Shown piece by piece: positions 1-8,683 of a DNA stretch of 64,000 bases. The stretch covers positions 26,648-90,647 of the forward strand of contig CAZGRL010000006.1 of the NCBI GenBank assembly GCA_964528155.1, given 5' to 3'. This DNA comes from an uncultured Anaerolineaceae bacterium. GTDB taxonomy: Bacteria > Chloroflexota > Anaerolineae > Anaerolineales > E44-bin32. Position numbers and translations under genes: made by a program. The notes beneath the pieces are model-generated. The model saw only the letters and a program-made list of their open reading frames with translations, did no database searches and was not told where the DNA came from. Positions within the stretch are counted from its first letter, which is position 1. Every line of letters begins with the position of its first letter.

Positions 1-305
1 ATCGCCGGAGGCGTGAACAGCCAATCGAGACCGCCGAGCGGTCCACTCCGCGAGAGCAGCAGGTAGACGGCCAGGCCGACCACGACCGGTGGGAGACCCA
101 TGCCCGTGTAGAGCAGAGCGACGAGGAACCTGCGGCCGGGGAACTGCGTCAGCCCGATCGCTGCACCGATCGGAACACCAATGACAGCGCTGATGAGGAG
201 CGCCGTCCCGGTGACCTGAATGGTCAGGCCGATCACCCGCCACAATGCCGGGTAGCCGGTGAACAGCAGCCTGGCCGCCTCAATCAGCGATTCCCAGAAA
301 TCCAA
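1..305 (-). CDS. ABC transporter permease, N-terminal part (TupB-like), runs off the window
   Basis: Absent from the ORF track because it is open at the edge. My minus-strand translation from TTG 305 (GGGAGAG 5 nt upstream; alternative GTG 335) reads MDFWESLIEAARLLFTGYPALWRVIGLTIQVTGTALLISAVIGVPIGAAIGLTQFPGRRFLVALLYTGMGLPPVVVGLAVYLLLSRSGPLGG. It is hydrophobic and permease-like, and lies downstream of the binding-protein gene. Confidence 0.6.
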   Translation of the reverse strand, partial: MDFWESLIEAARLLFTGYPALWRVIGLTIQVTGTALLISAVIGVPIGAAIGLTQFPGRRFLVALLYTGMGLPPVVVGLAVYLLLSRSGPLGGLDWLFTPPA

Positions 306-516
306 TTCAACTCTCCCGTAGGTGTATGACCGCACGCGGCCATCGACTCCGACTCGGCATGGTCGGCATTCGTCTTGTTAGGACCATCATGCGAAAATAT
401 CACACGCATCGACAGTCGTGAAGCCGGAATGCCGGGACGGCTCCGCCGAGTCGCCGTGCGTTCTGGAGCCCAAACGAGTCGGGCTCCGGAACTGTGTGCT
501 TCAGCGAGTGACGATC

Positions 517-1401
517 TCAAGGCTGGCTGTTCGCCGCGTGGTAGGCCTGCGAGTCGGGATAGAAGAGAGGCTGGCCGAACTTGTCGACACCATACTTACC
601 GATCATCTCCTGGGTATCGAGCGACGTCAGCCATTCCACGAACTTGTTGCCCAGGTCCACCTCGATTTCCTGGTGGATCTCGGGGTTCACGGGGATAACA
701 CCATAAGGATTGTAGAGGGCCTTGTCGGGATTGTCGTCGATTGTGTCGCCTCCGACGAGCACAGTCAGCCCCGGCAGGTTGTCGCGCTGGGCAAGAAATG
801 TCCCCCGATCGGTCAGCGTGTAGGCCTGGCGTTCGCTGGCGAACTGAAGCGTTTCCCCCATCCCCTGACCGAGGGAAAGGTACCAACCACTGGAGGGATC
901 GGGCTCGATGGAGGCCGCCTTCCACAGAGCAAGCTCTTTTGTGTTCGTCCCCGAGTCATCACCGCGCGAGGCAAACGGCTGCTCCGCCGCGGCGATCGCC
1001 GCCAGAGCTTCGGAGGCGGACCGCATTCCCTTGATCCCGGCCGGATCGTCAGGCGGTCCAACCAGGACAAAGTCGTTATACATGACGTCATAGCGGGCGA
1101 CGCCGTTGCCGCTCTCGACGAAGGCATCTTCACGGGCGCGCGCGTGGACGAGGATGACATCGGCATCCCCATTCTCACCAAGCGCGATCGCCTGACCGGT
1201 TCCGACTGCAACCACGTCGACGCGGGCATTGTAGCGAGATTCGAAATCCGGCAGGATCGCGTCGAGCAGTCCAGAGTCATACGTACTGGTGGTCGTCGCC
1301 AGCCGAAGCACGGTCGGCTCCGGTTTGGCGCACGCGGCCAGGCCGATGACCACGCAGCCCGCAATGATGATGAAGAGAAGGCTCTTGAATCTGGTACGCA
1401 T
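517..1401 (-). CDS. tupA: Tungstate/oxyanion ABC transporter substrate-binding lipoprotein (TupA-like)
   Basis: 294 aa. Lipoprotein signal LFIIIAGCVVIGLAAC, then the LRLATTTSTYDSGLLDAILPDFE motif typical of TupA/WtpA-type binding proteins. RBS GGAGAG lies before the ATG. Confidence 0.75.
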   Translation of the reverse strand: MRTRFKSLLFIIIAGCVVIGLAACAKPEPTVLRLATTTSTYDSGLLDAILPDFESRYNARVDVVAVGTGQAIALGENGDADVILVHARAREDAFVESGNGVARYDVMYNDFVLVGPPDDPAGIKGMRSASEALAAIAAAEQPFASRGDDSGTNTKELALWKAASIEPDPSSGWYLSLGQGMGETLQFASERQAYTLTDRGTFLAQRDNLPGLTVLVGGDTIDDNPDKALYNPYGVIPVNPEIHQEIEVDLGNKFVEWLTSLDTQEMIGKYGVDKFGQPLFYPDSQAYHAANSQP

Positions 1402-1431
1402 TTTGTCTCTCCACAGGCGTTATGTCGCACC

Positions 1432-1460
1432 ATCATAGCGAGACCCAGGTCGGTTGTCAA
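1432..1460 (-). promoter_or_regulatory. Candidate sigma70-type promoter for tupA (TTGACA-17-TATGAT)
   Basis: On the minus strand: TTGACA (1460..1455), a 17-nt spacer, TATGAT (1437..1432), about 30 nt upstream of the tupA ATG. Confidence 0.5.
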
Positions 1461-1664
1461 GCGGAGCGGCACTCTCGAGCGAGTCTGGCAGTTTCAATCC
1501 GGCCGCCCACCGAGAGAAGCCAGATGCGTCTTCGGCGATGCCTACAGGCGCCCAATCGGTTCCCCGGTTGCCCACCCATCCCATTGCCGATGGCACAGCA
1601 GGATTTCACCGGGATCGGCACCAAGCTTTGCAGCAGCAAAACGCGGATAGTTCGTCCAGCCAGC

Positions 1665-1693
1665 TTGACAGCATCTTTCTCAGCCGAGACAAT
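1665..1693 (+). promoter_or_regulatory. Candidate promoter for era (TTGACA-17-GACAAT) ending 6 nt before the ATG
   Basis: TTGACA 1665..1670, 17-nt spacer, GACAAT 1688..1693, era ATG at 1700. No Shine-Dalgarno sequence lies between them. Confidence 0.4.
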
Positions 1694-1699
1694 AGCATC

Positions 1700-2641
1700 A
1701 TGAGTGACTGGGAAGTGCCTCCAGATCACCGGTCAGGTTTCGCGGCCGTAATCGGGCGCCCAAACGTGGGTAAATCGACCCTGGTGAACGCCTTCCTTGG
1801 CCAGGCCGTGGCTGCAGTCTCGCCGCGACCGCAGACGACGCAGCGTCGCCAGATCGGAATCCTCACACTGCCTTCTGCGCAGGTGATCTTCGTCGACACG
1901 CCGGGCATTCACCAACCGATCCACAAGTTGGGCGATCACATGAACCAGTCGGCGCTCGAGGTCATGAGGGACAGCGACCTCATTCTGACGATCTTCGACA
2001 TCAATCGTCCGCCAACCGCCGACGACGAGCGTGTCGTCGAATCGCTCCGAGAGCTCGACAAGCGCGTGCCCATGGTCACGGCCCTGAACAAGGTCGATCT
2101 GATCCCACCCGCCGTCTTCAAGGAACGATTTGCCGCGTTCGAGGCGCTCGTCGGCGGCGATCCTCTTCCGGTCTCGGCCACACGAGGCGACAACCGGCAG
2201 GTCCTGCTCGATCGCATTGTCAGCCTGCTGCCCTCGGGGCCGCGCTACTACCCCGAGGAGGAGGTCACGGACACGTATGAGCGCGAGATCGCCGCCGACC
2301 TGATACGCGCGGCGGCGATGCAGCTTCTACGCAATGAGGTGCCGTACAGCATCGCCGTCCGCATTGACGATTACGAGGAGAGGAATGACCGCGGCGCGTA
2401 CATTAGCGCCACGCTCTTCGTGGAACGTGAGTCTCAGAAGGGGATCGTCATCGGTAAGGGTGGATCGATGCTGCGCGAGATCGGTTCTTTGGCCCGGCGC
2501 GAGATCGAAGCGATGAGCGGAAGACACGTCTATCTGCAGACCCGTGTGAAAACCCTGGTAGGCTGGCGAGACGATCTGAAGCAATTGAAGCGGCTGGGAT
2601 ACAGCGTTCCATCTCGGCGGGAGAAGGGCCGGCAGGCGTGA
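1700..2641 (+). CDS. era: GTPase Era
   Basis: G1 GRPNVGKSTL, G3 DTPG, G4 NKVD and a C-terminal KH domain. The ORF-track start at 1454 adds an implausible N-terminus. Internal ATG 1700 gives MSDWEVPPDHRSGFAAVIGRPNVGKS. Confidence 0.9.
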   Translation: MSDWEVPPDHRSGFAAVIGRPNVGKSTLVNAFLGQAVAAVSPRPQTTQRRQIGILTLPSAQVIFVDTPGIHQPIHKLGDHMNQSALEVMRDSDLILTIFDINRPPTADDERVVESLRELDKRVPMVTALNKVDLIPPAVFKERFAAFEALVGGDPLPVSATRGDNRQVLLDRIVSLLPSGPRYYPEEEVTDTYEREIAADLIRAAAMQLLRNEVPYSIAVRIDDYEERNDRGAYISATLFVERESQKGIVIGKGGSMLREIGSLARREIEAMSGRHVYLQTRVKTLVGWRDDLKQLKRLGYSVPSRREKGRQA

Positions 2642-3522
2642 CCAAGCGAAAACGAAAGTCCACCCGGACCAGCGCCTTCGGTGCGCCGGGTCGCATCAGC
2701 CATGATTCCTCGGATTTCTACGCAAGTCGCCTGTACCAGGACCAGAGCGATCCGGAGCCTGTCGAATACGTCGAACAGGCCGTCCCGTCAGAGGTTCTGG
2801 ATCAGATCATCCCGAAAACCGCCGAACAGATGGGTGATCTCCCCGATTGCTCCATCCATCTGATGGTAACTTCGCCTCCGTACAACGTACGCAAGGAATA
2901 TGATGAAGATCTGACACTTGACGAGTACCTCGATCTGCTACGCCGCGTGTTCCAGGAGACTCGCCGGGTCCTGGTCCCGGGCGGACGTGCCTGTATCAAC
3001 CTGGCCAACCTCGGTCGCCGACCTTATCTCCCGCTCCACATCTACGTGATCCAGCTCATGCTTGAGACCGGGTTCCTGATGCGCGGGGAGATCATCTGGG
3101 ACAAAGGACCGAGCGCCAGTGCCTCCACCGCCTGGGGATCGTGGATGTCGGCGACAAACCCCGTCTTGCGAGATGTCCATGAGTACATCCTCGTCTTCTC
3201 CAAGGACAGCTTCTCCCGGCCGGGAGAAGGCAAGGAGAGCACGATTCAAAAGGAGGATTTCCTGGACTGGACCAAGAGCGTGTGGTCCTTCCCGGCCGCT
3301 TCGGCCCGACAGGTCGGACACCCGGCGCCATTCCCGGAAGACCTGCCCCGGCGCTTGATCGAGCTGTACTCCTTTCGCGGGGATGTGGTGCTGGATCCGT
3401 TCTGCGGATCGGGGACGACCTGTCTGGCCGCGCGAGGAGCAGAGCGTCACTTCGTCGGGTACGAGATCGATTCGGGCTACGTCGTGTTGGCCAGGAAGCG
3501 CCTCGAGGATTCGCGAGAATGA
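2638..3522 (+). CDS. Beta-class N4/N6 DNA methyltransferase (SPPY motif before FCGSGTT)
   Basis: MVTSPPYNVRKEY (motif IV) precedes DPFCGSGTTCLAA (motif I), which is the beta-class order. GTG start overlaps the era stop (GTGA). The N-terminus is K/R-rich. Confidence 0.8.
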   Translation: MTKRKRKSTRTSAFGAPGRISHDSSDFYASRLYQDQSDPEPVEYVEQAVPSEVLDQIIPKTAEQMGDLPDCSIHLMVTSPPYNVRKEYDEDLTLDEYLDLLRRVFQETRRVLVPGGRACINLANLGRRPYLPLHIYVIQLMLETGFLMRGEIIWDKGPSASASTAWGSWMSATNPVLRDVHEYILVFSKDSFSRPGEGKESTIQKEDFLDWTKSVWSFPAASARQVGHPAPFPEDLPRRLIELYSFRGDVVLDPFCGSGTTCLAARGAERHFVGYEIDSGYVVLARKRLEDSRE

Positions 3523-3617
3523 TCGCTGCCCGGCCCGGATCGCCAGGGAAGCCGGATGCTTCAGCGTTGTTCCTCCGGGAGTGACCCGGGCCATCGATTC
3601 TAGGCGGAGGCGAACTC

Positions 3618-4373
3618 TTGGCGAAGATGCGCCTGCGACATTGGGCCTTCTTGATCACGGCGCTGGCCGTCGCCGCGGCCTGCGTCCGTCTGGGATTCTG
3701 GCAGCTGTCTCGCCTGAGACAACGTCGACAATCGAACGACGTCATCCGCAGCCAGATGGCGATACCCCCACTCGAGATCTCCGATGCAGACTTGCCTGCC
3801 GGCCTGACGGCATACCGTCACGTCGTGGCGTCGGGGACGCTCGACTCCTCCCGGCAGGTGATCTTGCTCAACCGGAGCTACAACGACGAGCCGGGGAACC
3901 ACCTCATCACACCCCTCTTGCTGACGTCATCCGGGCCGGCGATCCTGGTCGACCGGGGATGGATCCCCTACGACGACAGCACCGGGATCGACCTTTCCGG
4001 CCTGGATCCACCTGGAAATGTGCAGATCCACGGTATCTTGCGCGCCTCGCAGCCTGAGCCGGGCTGGTCGATTCTGGCCGACCCTCCATCCAACGGAGAG
4101 TGGCGCCAATCGTGGCGCAACTTAAGTCTCGAAAGACTGCAGACGCAGTTTCCCTATCCGATCCTTCCGGTGTATCTGGCCCAGACGGATCCACTCAACG
4201 GCGCCGACCTGCCGCGTCCGGATGCCACAATCGACTTGTCCGAAGGGCCACACCTGTCATACGCCATCCAGTGGTTCTCTTTCGCTCTGATCGCGCTCGT
4301 CGGAGGAGGGATCTGGCTCAGGCGTCAGCTAGTCGATCGGCCGGCAGCCGTTGGACCCGGCCCAGAGAAGTAG
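3618..4373 (+). CDS. SURF1 family cytochrome oxidase assembly protein
   Basis: N-terminal TM segment with the LGFWQLSRLRQRR signature and a C-terminal TM segment (YAIQWFSFALIALVGG). TTG start lies 7 nt after GGAGG. Confidence 0.75.
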   Translation: MAKMRLRHWAFLITALAVAAACVRLGFWQLSRLRQRRQSNDVIRSQMAIPPLEISDADLPAGLTAYRHVVASGTLDSSRQVILLNRSYNDEPGNHLITPLLLTSSGPAILVDRGWIPYDDSTGIDLSGLDPPGNVQIHGILRASQPEPGWSILADPPSNGEWRQSWRNLSLERLQTQFPYPILPVYLAQTDPLNGADLPRPDATIDLSEGPHLSYAIQWFSFALIALVGGGIWLRRQLVDRPAAVGPGPEK

Positions 4374-4399
4374 TTCGTCCCAGCAGCGGACTTCATAAC

Positions 4400-4431
4400 A
4401 GACAAGGCCGGCGACTCTGCCGGCCTTGTCT
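4400..4431. terminator. Bidirectional hairpin between convergent SURF1 and thyX
   Basis: AGACAAGGCCGGC / GACTCT loop / GCCGGCCTTGTCT, a 13-bp perfect stem. Confidence 0.6.
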
Positions 4432-4461
4432 CAGTTGCTCCACGGACCGATATGTTCCGAC

Positions 4462-5886
4462 CTAGACCTGGGAGAAATTCTCATGTTCGATCATCTGCCA
4501 GGTAACACCCTCCGGCAGACGCATGAACCCGGCCACAAGCGGATGTACGTCAGCGATCAATTCCGCCAGGCGAAGGGCGATCCGCCGCACGGAGAAGTGA
4601 GCGTTCGGCGCTGAACGCAACTCACAGAAATGAAAGGCCTCGCGAAGATTCAGGGTCATCAAGACGCGCCTCTTGAAGCCGTTTGGCACGACATACGCCG
4701 CGACATCTTCGTTCGACTCCGCCAGCGTGGCATAGGCCTCAGCCGCAGCCTCCATCGCCGAACGATAGCTCGCTTCCTGCCCGGCTTCGGTGATCAACTT
4801 CGGGATTGCGTATCCCAGCTCGGCGGTCAGCCGTTGGGGAGACTGGCTCATCATGCGATGGCGCTTGACTTCGAAATAGGCGCCCTGATCCATCAAGGCA
4901 TCCACGGTGTATTCGGCATGCTCGAGACAGCGCAACGGGATATCGAACTTGTCCATCGAGCCGAGCAAAGCCTCGGCTAGCTTGGTCTTCCGCTGTGTAT
5001 CGAGGTTGCGAACGTAGTCGAGAGCGGTGTTGAAAGCACAGGGTTCGTGCTCATACAGGGCGGCCGCCAGGATGCGGTTCTCGGCGTCGGGATCGTAGGC
5101 TACCAGAGCTAGCATGTTCCGATCGCTGTCCTCGCCTACGTCTCGAGCCGCCTGGCGCGACTCACGCCGAGACTCGATGAGGTGTGACCGCTTGTCGGCG
5201 TACTTGACCAGCGTCGGGACCTCTTCTTGCACGACTCGCTTGGCCGCTTCCCCAATCTGGCGGACCTCGGACAGCGGGTGAGAGAACATTTTTCCCAATG
5301 CATGTTCCAGTGCGCGCGCATTAACCGTCATCCCGACGTTCGCCACAGCCGCGGCCGGCAACAAGAAACGACACACATCGACATAGCGCGAGCGAACACG
5401 GCCGTCCCAGCGAGCCTCGCTCTCATCCGGCCGCCTTGGGTTCACACCTTGCACGACACGCCGAACCGGCTCGAGGGACTGCCGATAGGCCTCGAAGAGC
5501 CGATCGCACGCCGCCCGGTAGATTGCCTCGTGTTCGCTCCCGGCGAGCTCATCCGGGATGTAGTACCCATCCGGCTTCCACTTCTGGTAGCGGGTCGACT
5601 TCTCGGTGTAGGACGCCAGGCGGTTGGACTCGATACATTCGATGGCCAACCGAGAGATGTTCTCGAATGCCAGGTGGAGCACGGCGTGCTCGGCCACCGA
5701 AGCATGGCCGTAGCCGACGACCCACTTCTCATGGAAGTCCGCGGACTTTTCGTCAGTCAGCTCTTCGGCGATTTCGCGAAACGATTGCGGTGACCTGGAC
5801 GTCTTGGCGAAGGTCACCGCAATGGTCTCCGGGCTCAGTTGGCGCGGGCTGAGAAGATACACCTGTCGTTCAGCCGCCGTTGTCAT
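4462..5886 (-). CDS. thyX: FAD-dependent thymidylate synthase, tandem-duplicated ThyX fold (475 aa)
   Basis: C-terminal half has RHRMMSQ plus FHFCELRSAPNAHFSVRRIA. N-terminal half has GHASVAEH and SNRLASYTEKSTRY. Start moved to ATG 5886 (MTTAAERQVYLL), because the track start at 6222 would overlap ribF. Confidence 0.8.
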   Translation of the reverse strand: MTTAAERQVYLLSPRQLSPETIAVTFAKTSRSPQSFREIAEELTDEKSADFHEKWVVGYGHASVAEHAVLHLAFENISRLAIECIESNRLASYTEKSTRYQKWKPDGYYIPDELAGSEHEAIYRAACDRLFEAYRQSLEPVRRVVQGVNPRRPDESEARWDGRVRSRYVDVCRFLLPAAAVANVGMTVNARALEHALGKMFSHPLSEVRQIGEAAKRVVQEEVPTLVKYADKRSHLIESRRESRQAARDVGEDSDRNMLALVAYDPDAENRILAAALYEHEPCAFNTALDYVRNLDTQRKTKLAEALLGSMDKFDIPLRCLEHAEYTVDALMDQGAYFEVKRHRMMSQSPQRLTAELGYAIPKLITEAGQEASYRSAMEAAAEAYATLAESNEDVAAYVVPNGFKRRVLMTLNLREAFHFCELRSAPNAHFSVRRIALRLAELIADVHPLVAGFMRLPEGVTWQMIEHENFSQV

Positions 5887-6823
5887 CCTGGGCCTCCTTG
5901 GCGTTCTCGAGGATCTCCCGCGCTCGACCGATGTCGCGCTCAATCTGCGTGAGCAGCGCCTCCGGCCCGGGGAACCGCCTCTCGTCGCGCAGCCGGTCGA
6001 TGAACTCGAGTGTGATCTCTTTTCCGTACAAATCGCCCTCGAAATCGAGGATGTGCGTTTCGACAACCGGCGAAGGTTCGCGCCGCTCGAATGTTGGACG
6101 GACCCCGATGTTGGTGACGCCCTGGTACTTGCCGTGTCCCACGTCGACCCTGCAGGCATACACGCCGGCCCCCGGGATGGCGCGCTCTTCCCAGATCGAC
6201 AGGTTCGCCGTCGGGATCCCAAGCTTGGCCCCGCGCGCCGATCCCTTCACCACGATCCCCGGAAGGCCAAACGGTCGCCCGAGGTAGGAGGCCACACGTG
6301 AGACATCTCCCGAGCGAAGGGCTTCGCGAACGCGTGTAGAGCTCACGACTTCTCCGCCGACGTTCAAAGGTGGGACGACTTTGAGATGAAAGCCACTCTG
6401 TCGAGCTGCCCTGGCCAGGAACAACCGATTCCCTTCACGCTGATGTCCGAGCGAAAAATCCTCGCCGATCCACAAGGTCGTGAAGGTCAGGTGTCTTCGC
6501 AGGAGTTCGAGGAACTCGCCGGCCTTGACCCTCGACAGCTCCAGGTCGAACTTCTGGGTGACGACGAGATCCACGCCCAATTCTCCCAGGAGCTGCGCCT
6601 TTTCGTCGGGCGTATTGATGTAGAACGAAGGTGTTCGTCCGCGCAGGACAACGGATGGATGCGGGAAGAACGTCAACACAACGGCTGGCACGCCCTGTTC
6701 CCCGGCACTCTCAACCATATCCCGTACCAGGATCTGATGGCCCCGGTGAACACCGTCGAAGGAGCCGATGGTCACCTGACAGGCGAGCAGATTGGCTTGA
6801 GTGAGATCATGTAGGTGCTGCAT
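5870..6823 (-). CDS. ribF: Bifunctional riboflavin kinase / FAD synthetase
   Basis: 317 aa. Contains VTIGSFDGVHRGHQ, an FTFHPHP-like motif (TFFPHPS) and a C-terminal riboflavin kinase domain (GIPTANL, VTNIGVRPTF). Confidence 0.9.
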   Translation of the reverse strand: MQHLHDLTQANLLACQVTIGSFDGVHRGHQILVRDMVESAGEQGVPAVVLTFFPHPSVVLRGRTPSFYINTPDEKAQLLGELGVDLVVTQKFDLELSRVKAGEFLELLRRHLTFTTLWIGEDFSLGHQREGNRLFLARAARQSGFHLKVVPPLNVGGEVVSSTRVREALRSGDVSRVASYLGRPFGLPGIVVKGSARGAKLGIPTANLSIWEERAIPGAGVYACRVDVGHGKYQGVTNIGVRPTFERREPSPVVETHILDFEGDLYGKEITLEFIDRLRDERRFPGPEALLTQIERDIGRAREILENAKEAQDDNGG

Positions 6824-6830
6824 TCAGGGG

Positions 6831-7715
6831 CTAGCCGATGAAGACCTTTCGCGGTTGGTATTCGTTATCCCCATTGACAACCTCGAGCAAAGCCACAAGA
6901 TCGCCGTCCGGGCCGATCGCCTTGGCCAGGCCGGTTGCCCCGGGTTCGGCCGGTATTCGGTGACCGTTGCGGACGAGGTCGAGTGTTTCTCCGTCGACCT
7001 CCACTACCGGTAGATCGGGAAGGGCATCCGAGGCGGGGCGCATGTGCTGCTCCCATTTGTCGGTCACGAACCCCACTTCCAGGCGGGGAAGTGGGACGGC
7101 ATCGCGCAAAGTGAAGGGCCCAGCTTTCGTCCGGCGCAGCGCTGCCAGGTGACCTCCCGACTCGAGGGCCTCCCCGAGTTCATGTGCCAGAGAGCGGATG
7201 TAGGTCCCGGCCGAACAGTCGACCGAGAGCGAAAGATCCGGAGGCTGATAGGACACCACCTTCAGCTCGAAGATGTGTACCGTACGCGGTTCGAGCTCGA
7301 CGTCTTCCCCGCGCCTGGCCAGTTCATAGGCCTTTCGACCCTGGACCTTGATGGCGCTGAACGGCGGGGGAACTTGCTCGATCTCACCTCTGAACTGAGG
7401 CAGGATGCCCTGGACCTGTGCAAGTGTGGGCAGGGTGTCCGAACGGCGGACGATCTCGCCGTCCGCATCAAACGTCTTGGTCGAAGTGCCGAAGCGGACT
7501 ACGGCCTCATAGCGTTTCGGCGATGTCGAGAGGTACTCGCTTAGCCGGGTGGCGGAACCCAGACACAAGACGAGGACCCCCGAAGCCCGAGGGTCCAGCG
7601 TGCCGGCGTGTCCCACTTTGCGGATCCCCGTTCCGCGTCTGACGAGGTTGACCACGTGATGCGAAGTCGGTCCTACAGGTTTGTCGACGATGAGCAGTCC
7701 GAAGTTCTTTCTCAT
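6831..7715 (-). CDS. truB: tRNA pseudouridine(55) synthase TruB
   Basis: GLLIVDKPVGPTSHHVV and KVGHAGTLDPRASGVLVLCLG. Start ATG 7715 overlaps the nrnA stop (ATGA). Confidence 0.9.
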   Translation of the reverse strand: MRKNFGLLIVDKPVGPTSHHVVNLVRRGTGIRKVGHAGTLDPRASGVLVLCLGSATRLSEYLSTSPKRYEAVVRFGTSTKTFDADGEIVRRSDTLPTLAQVQGILPQFRGEIEQVPPPFSAIKVQGRKAYELARRGEDVELEPRTVHIFELKVVSYQPPDLSLSVDCSAGTYIRSLAHELGEALESGGHLAALRRTKAGPFTLRDAVPLPRLEVGFVTDKWEQHMRPASDALPDLPVVEVDGETLDLVRNGHRIPAEPGATGLAKAIGPDGDLVALLEVVNGDNEYQPRKVFIG

Positions 7716-8683
7716 GCTTTGGCTTCCATGGAATCGTGTAGGAGTTTGCGGGTCGCCTCGACCACCCGCGCCTTGACGTCTGCCAGGGAGCCTTCGATCA
7801 CGGCTCCCGCTGCCGGTTTGTGGCCGCCCCCGCCAAACGAAGCTGCCAGGCCCGAAACATCCAGGCCGTCCTGGCACCTCCAGCTGACCTTTGTCTTGCC
7901 GCCCGGCTGTTCGACCAGGATCACGACGATTTGACCCCCATCGATCGTCGACAGCAGGTCGACCAGGTCAGCATCGTCGGGACCGGGATATCCGATGCGC
8001 TCACGGTCCTTCAGGCTGAGGCTCGCCCAGATAAGACCGCCGTCGCGCTCGAGGTTCGACAGCCCACTCCCCCAATAGCGCGCCGCCACAAAACTCCGCT
8101 GGCTGAGACAGCGTTCATAGATCTGAGCCAACGGAGCCCCGCGCTCCAGCAGGTCGGCCGCTATACGCAGCACTTTCGGCGACACATTCGTTGTCCGAAA
8201 ACCGATCGTGTCATTCACGATACCTGCCAGGAGATTCGTGGCAACATCCAGATCGAGAGGCATCCCGAGGGCGAGGATCATATCGTAGAGGATCTCAGCC
8301 GTGGAGGCTGCTACCGGATCGACGATGTTCACCCCTGCGAATTCCGTATTCGTGGGGTGATGATCGATGTTCACATCCGGCGTGCGACCGAGGAGCTCCG
8401 GATCGAGCCCCAGGCGTCCCAGATCGCCTGAGTCTACACAGATGAGCAAATCCCACGAGTCGGGCAGCCGCGTCTGCACGGACTGCGCAGCGGGAAGAAA
8501 ACGAAACCGGCCCGGGACTCCATCTGCCAGGACCGGCACCGCGGTCTTCCCGCTCAGTTGCAGGCTGACGGTCAGGGCGAGGAGCGAACCCACTGCATCC
8601 CCGTCCGGCCGTTCGTGACTGATCAGGCAGATGTTCTGGGCCGCCTCAATGAGCTCGCCCGTCCTGCGGAATTCACTCCTCAC
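7712..8683 (-). CDS. nrnA: DHH/DHHA1 phosphoesterase (NrnA-like nanoRNase / pAp phosphatase)
   Basis: HERPDGDAVGS, NIDHHPTN and GGGGHKPAAGA. Proposed GTG start at 8683 overlaps the rbfA stop. The rbfA-DHH gene order resembles actinobacterial operons. Confidence 0.8.
   Translation of the reverse strand: MRSEFRRTGELIEAAQNICLISHERPDGDAVGSLLALTVSLQLSGKTAVPVLADGVPGRFRFLPAAQSVQTRLPDSWDLLICVDSGDLGRLGLDPELLGRTPDVNIDHHPTNTEFAGVNIVDPVAASTAEILYDMILALGMPLDLDVATNLLAGIVNDTIGFRTTNVSPKVLRIAADLLERGAPLAQIYERCLSQRSFVAARYWGSGLSNLERDGGLIWASLSLKDRERIGYPGPDDADLVDLLSTIDGGQIVVILVEQPGGKTKVSWRCQDGLDVSGLAASFGGGGHKPAAGAVIEGSLADVKARVVEATRKLLHDSMEAKA

Noticed and set aside
418-1650. 410-aa plus-strand ORF overlapping tupA. 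Similar long antisense ORFs occur elsewhere (9972..11018, 47040..48248, 54447..55649, 8631..9518, 16213..17307, 25443..26234, 33355..34032, 38476..39273, 39451..40362).
   Set aside because: Each lies antisense to, or out of frame with, a gene that has clear family motifs. Their translations are Arg/Pro/Gly/Ala-rich and featureless. This is the expected product of stop-poor alternative frames in GC-rich DNA.
1402-1664. Possible Moco/Tuco riboswitch upstream of the tungstate-binding protein gene.
   Set aside because: A good promoter (TTGACA-17-TATGAT) lies only about 30 nt from the tupA start, leaving no room in the transcript. I did not see the conserved Moco motif elements.
2638-4373. A restriction endonuclease partner for the methyltransferase, which would make a complete R-M system.
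   Set aside because: The neighbours are era and a clear SURF1 protein. No additional ORF of plausible size exists on either strand.
5887-6222. N-terminal extensions given by the ORF track. Examples: thyX to 6222, truB to 7877, nrnA to 8797, infB to 10916, era from 1454, the CCA fusion to 24848, GH13 to 26492, PduO to 40897, trpB2 from 61138, and the hypothetical gene from 43743.
   Set aside because: The extensions overlap upstream genes or read as low-complexity sequence. Internal starts with RBSs or ATGA/GTGA coupling give N-termini that match the family consensus.
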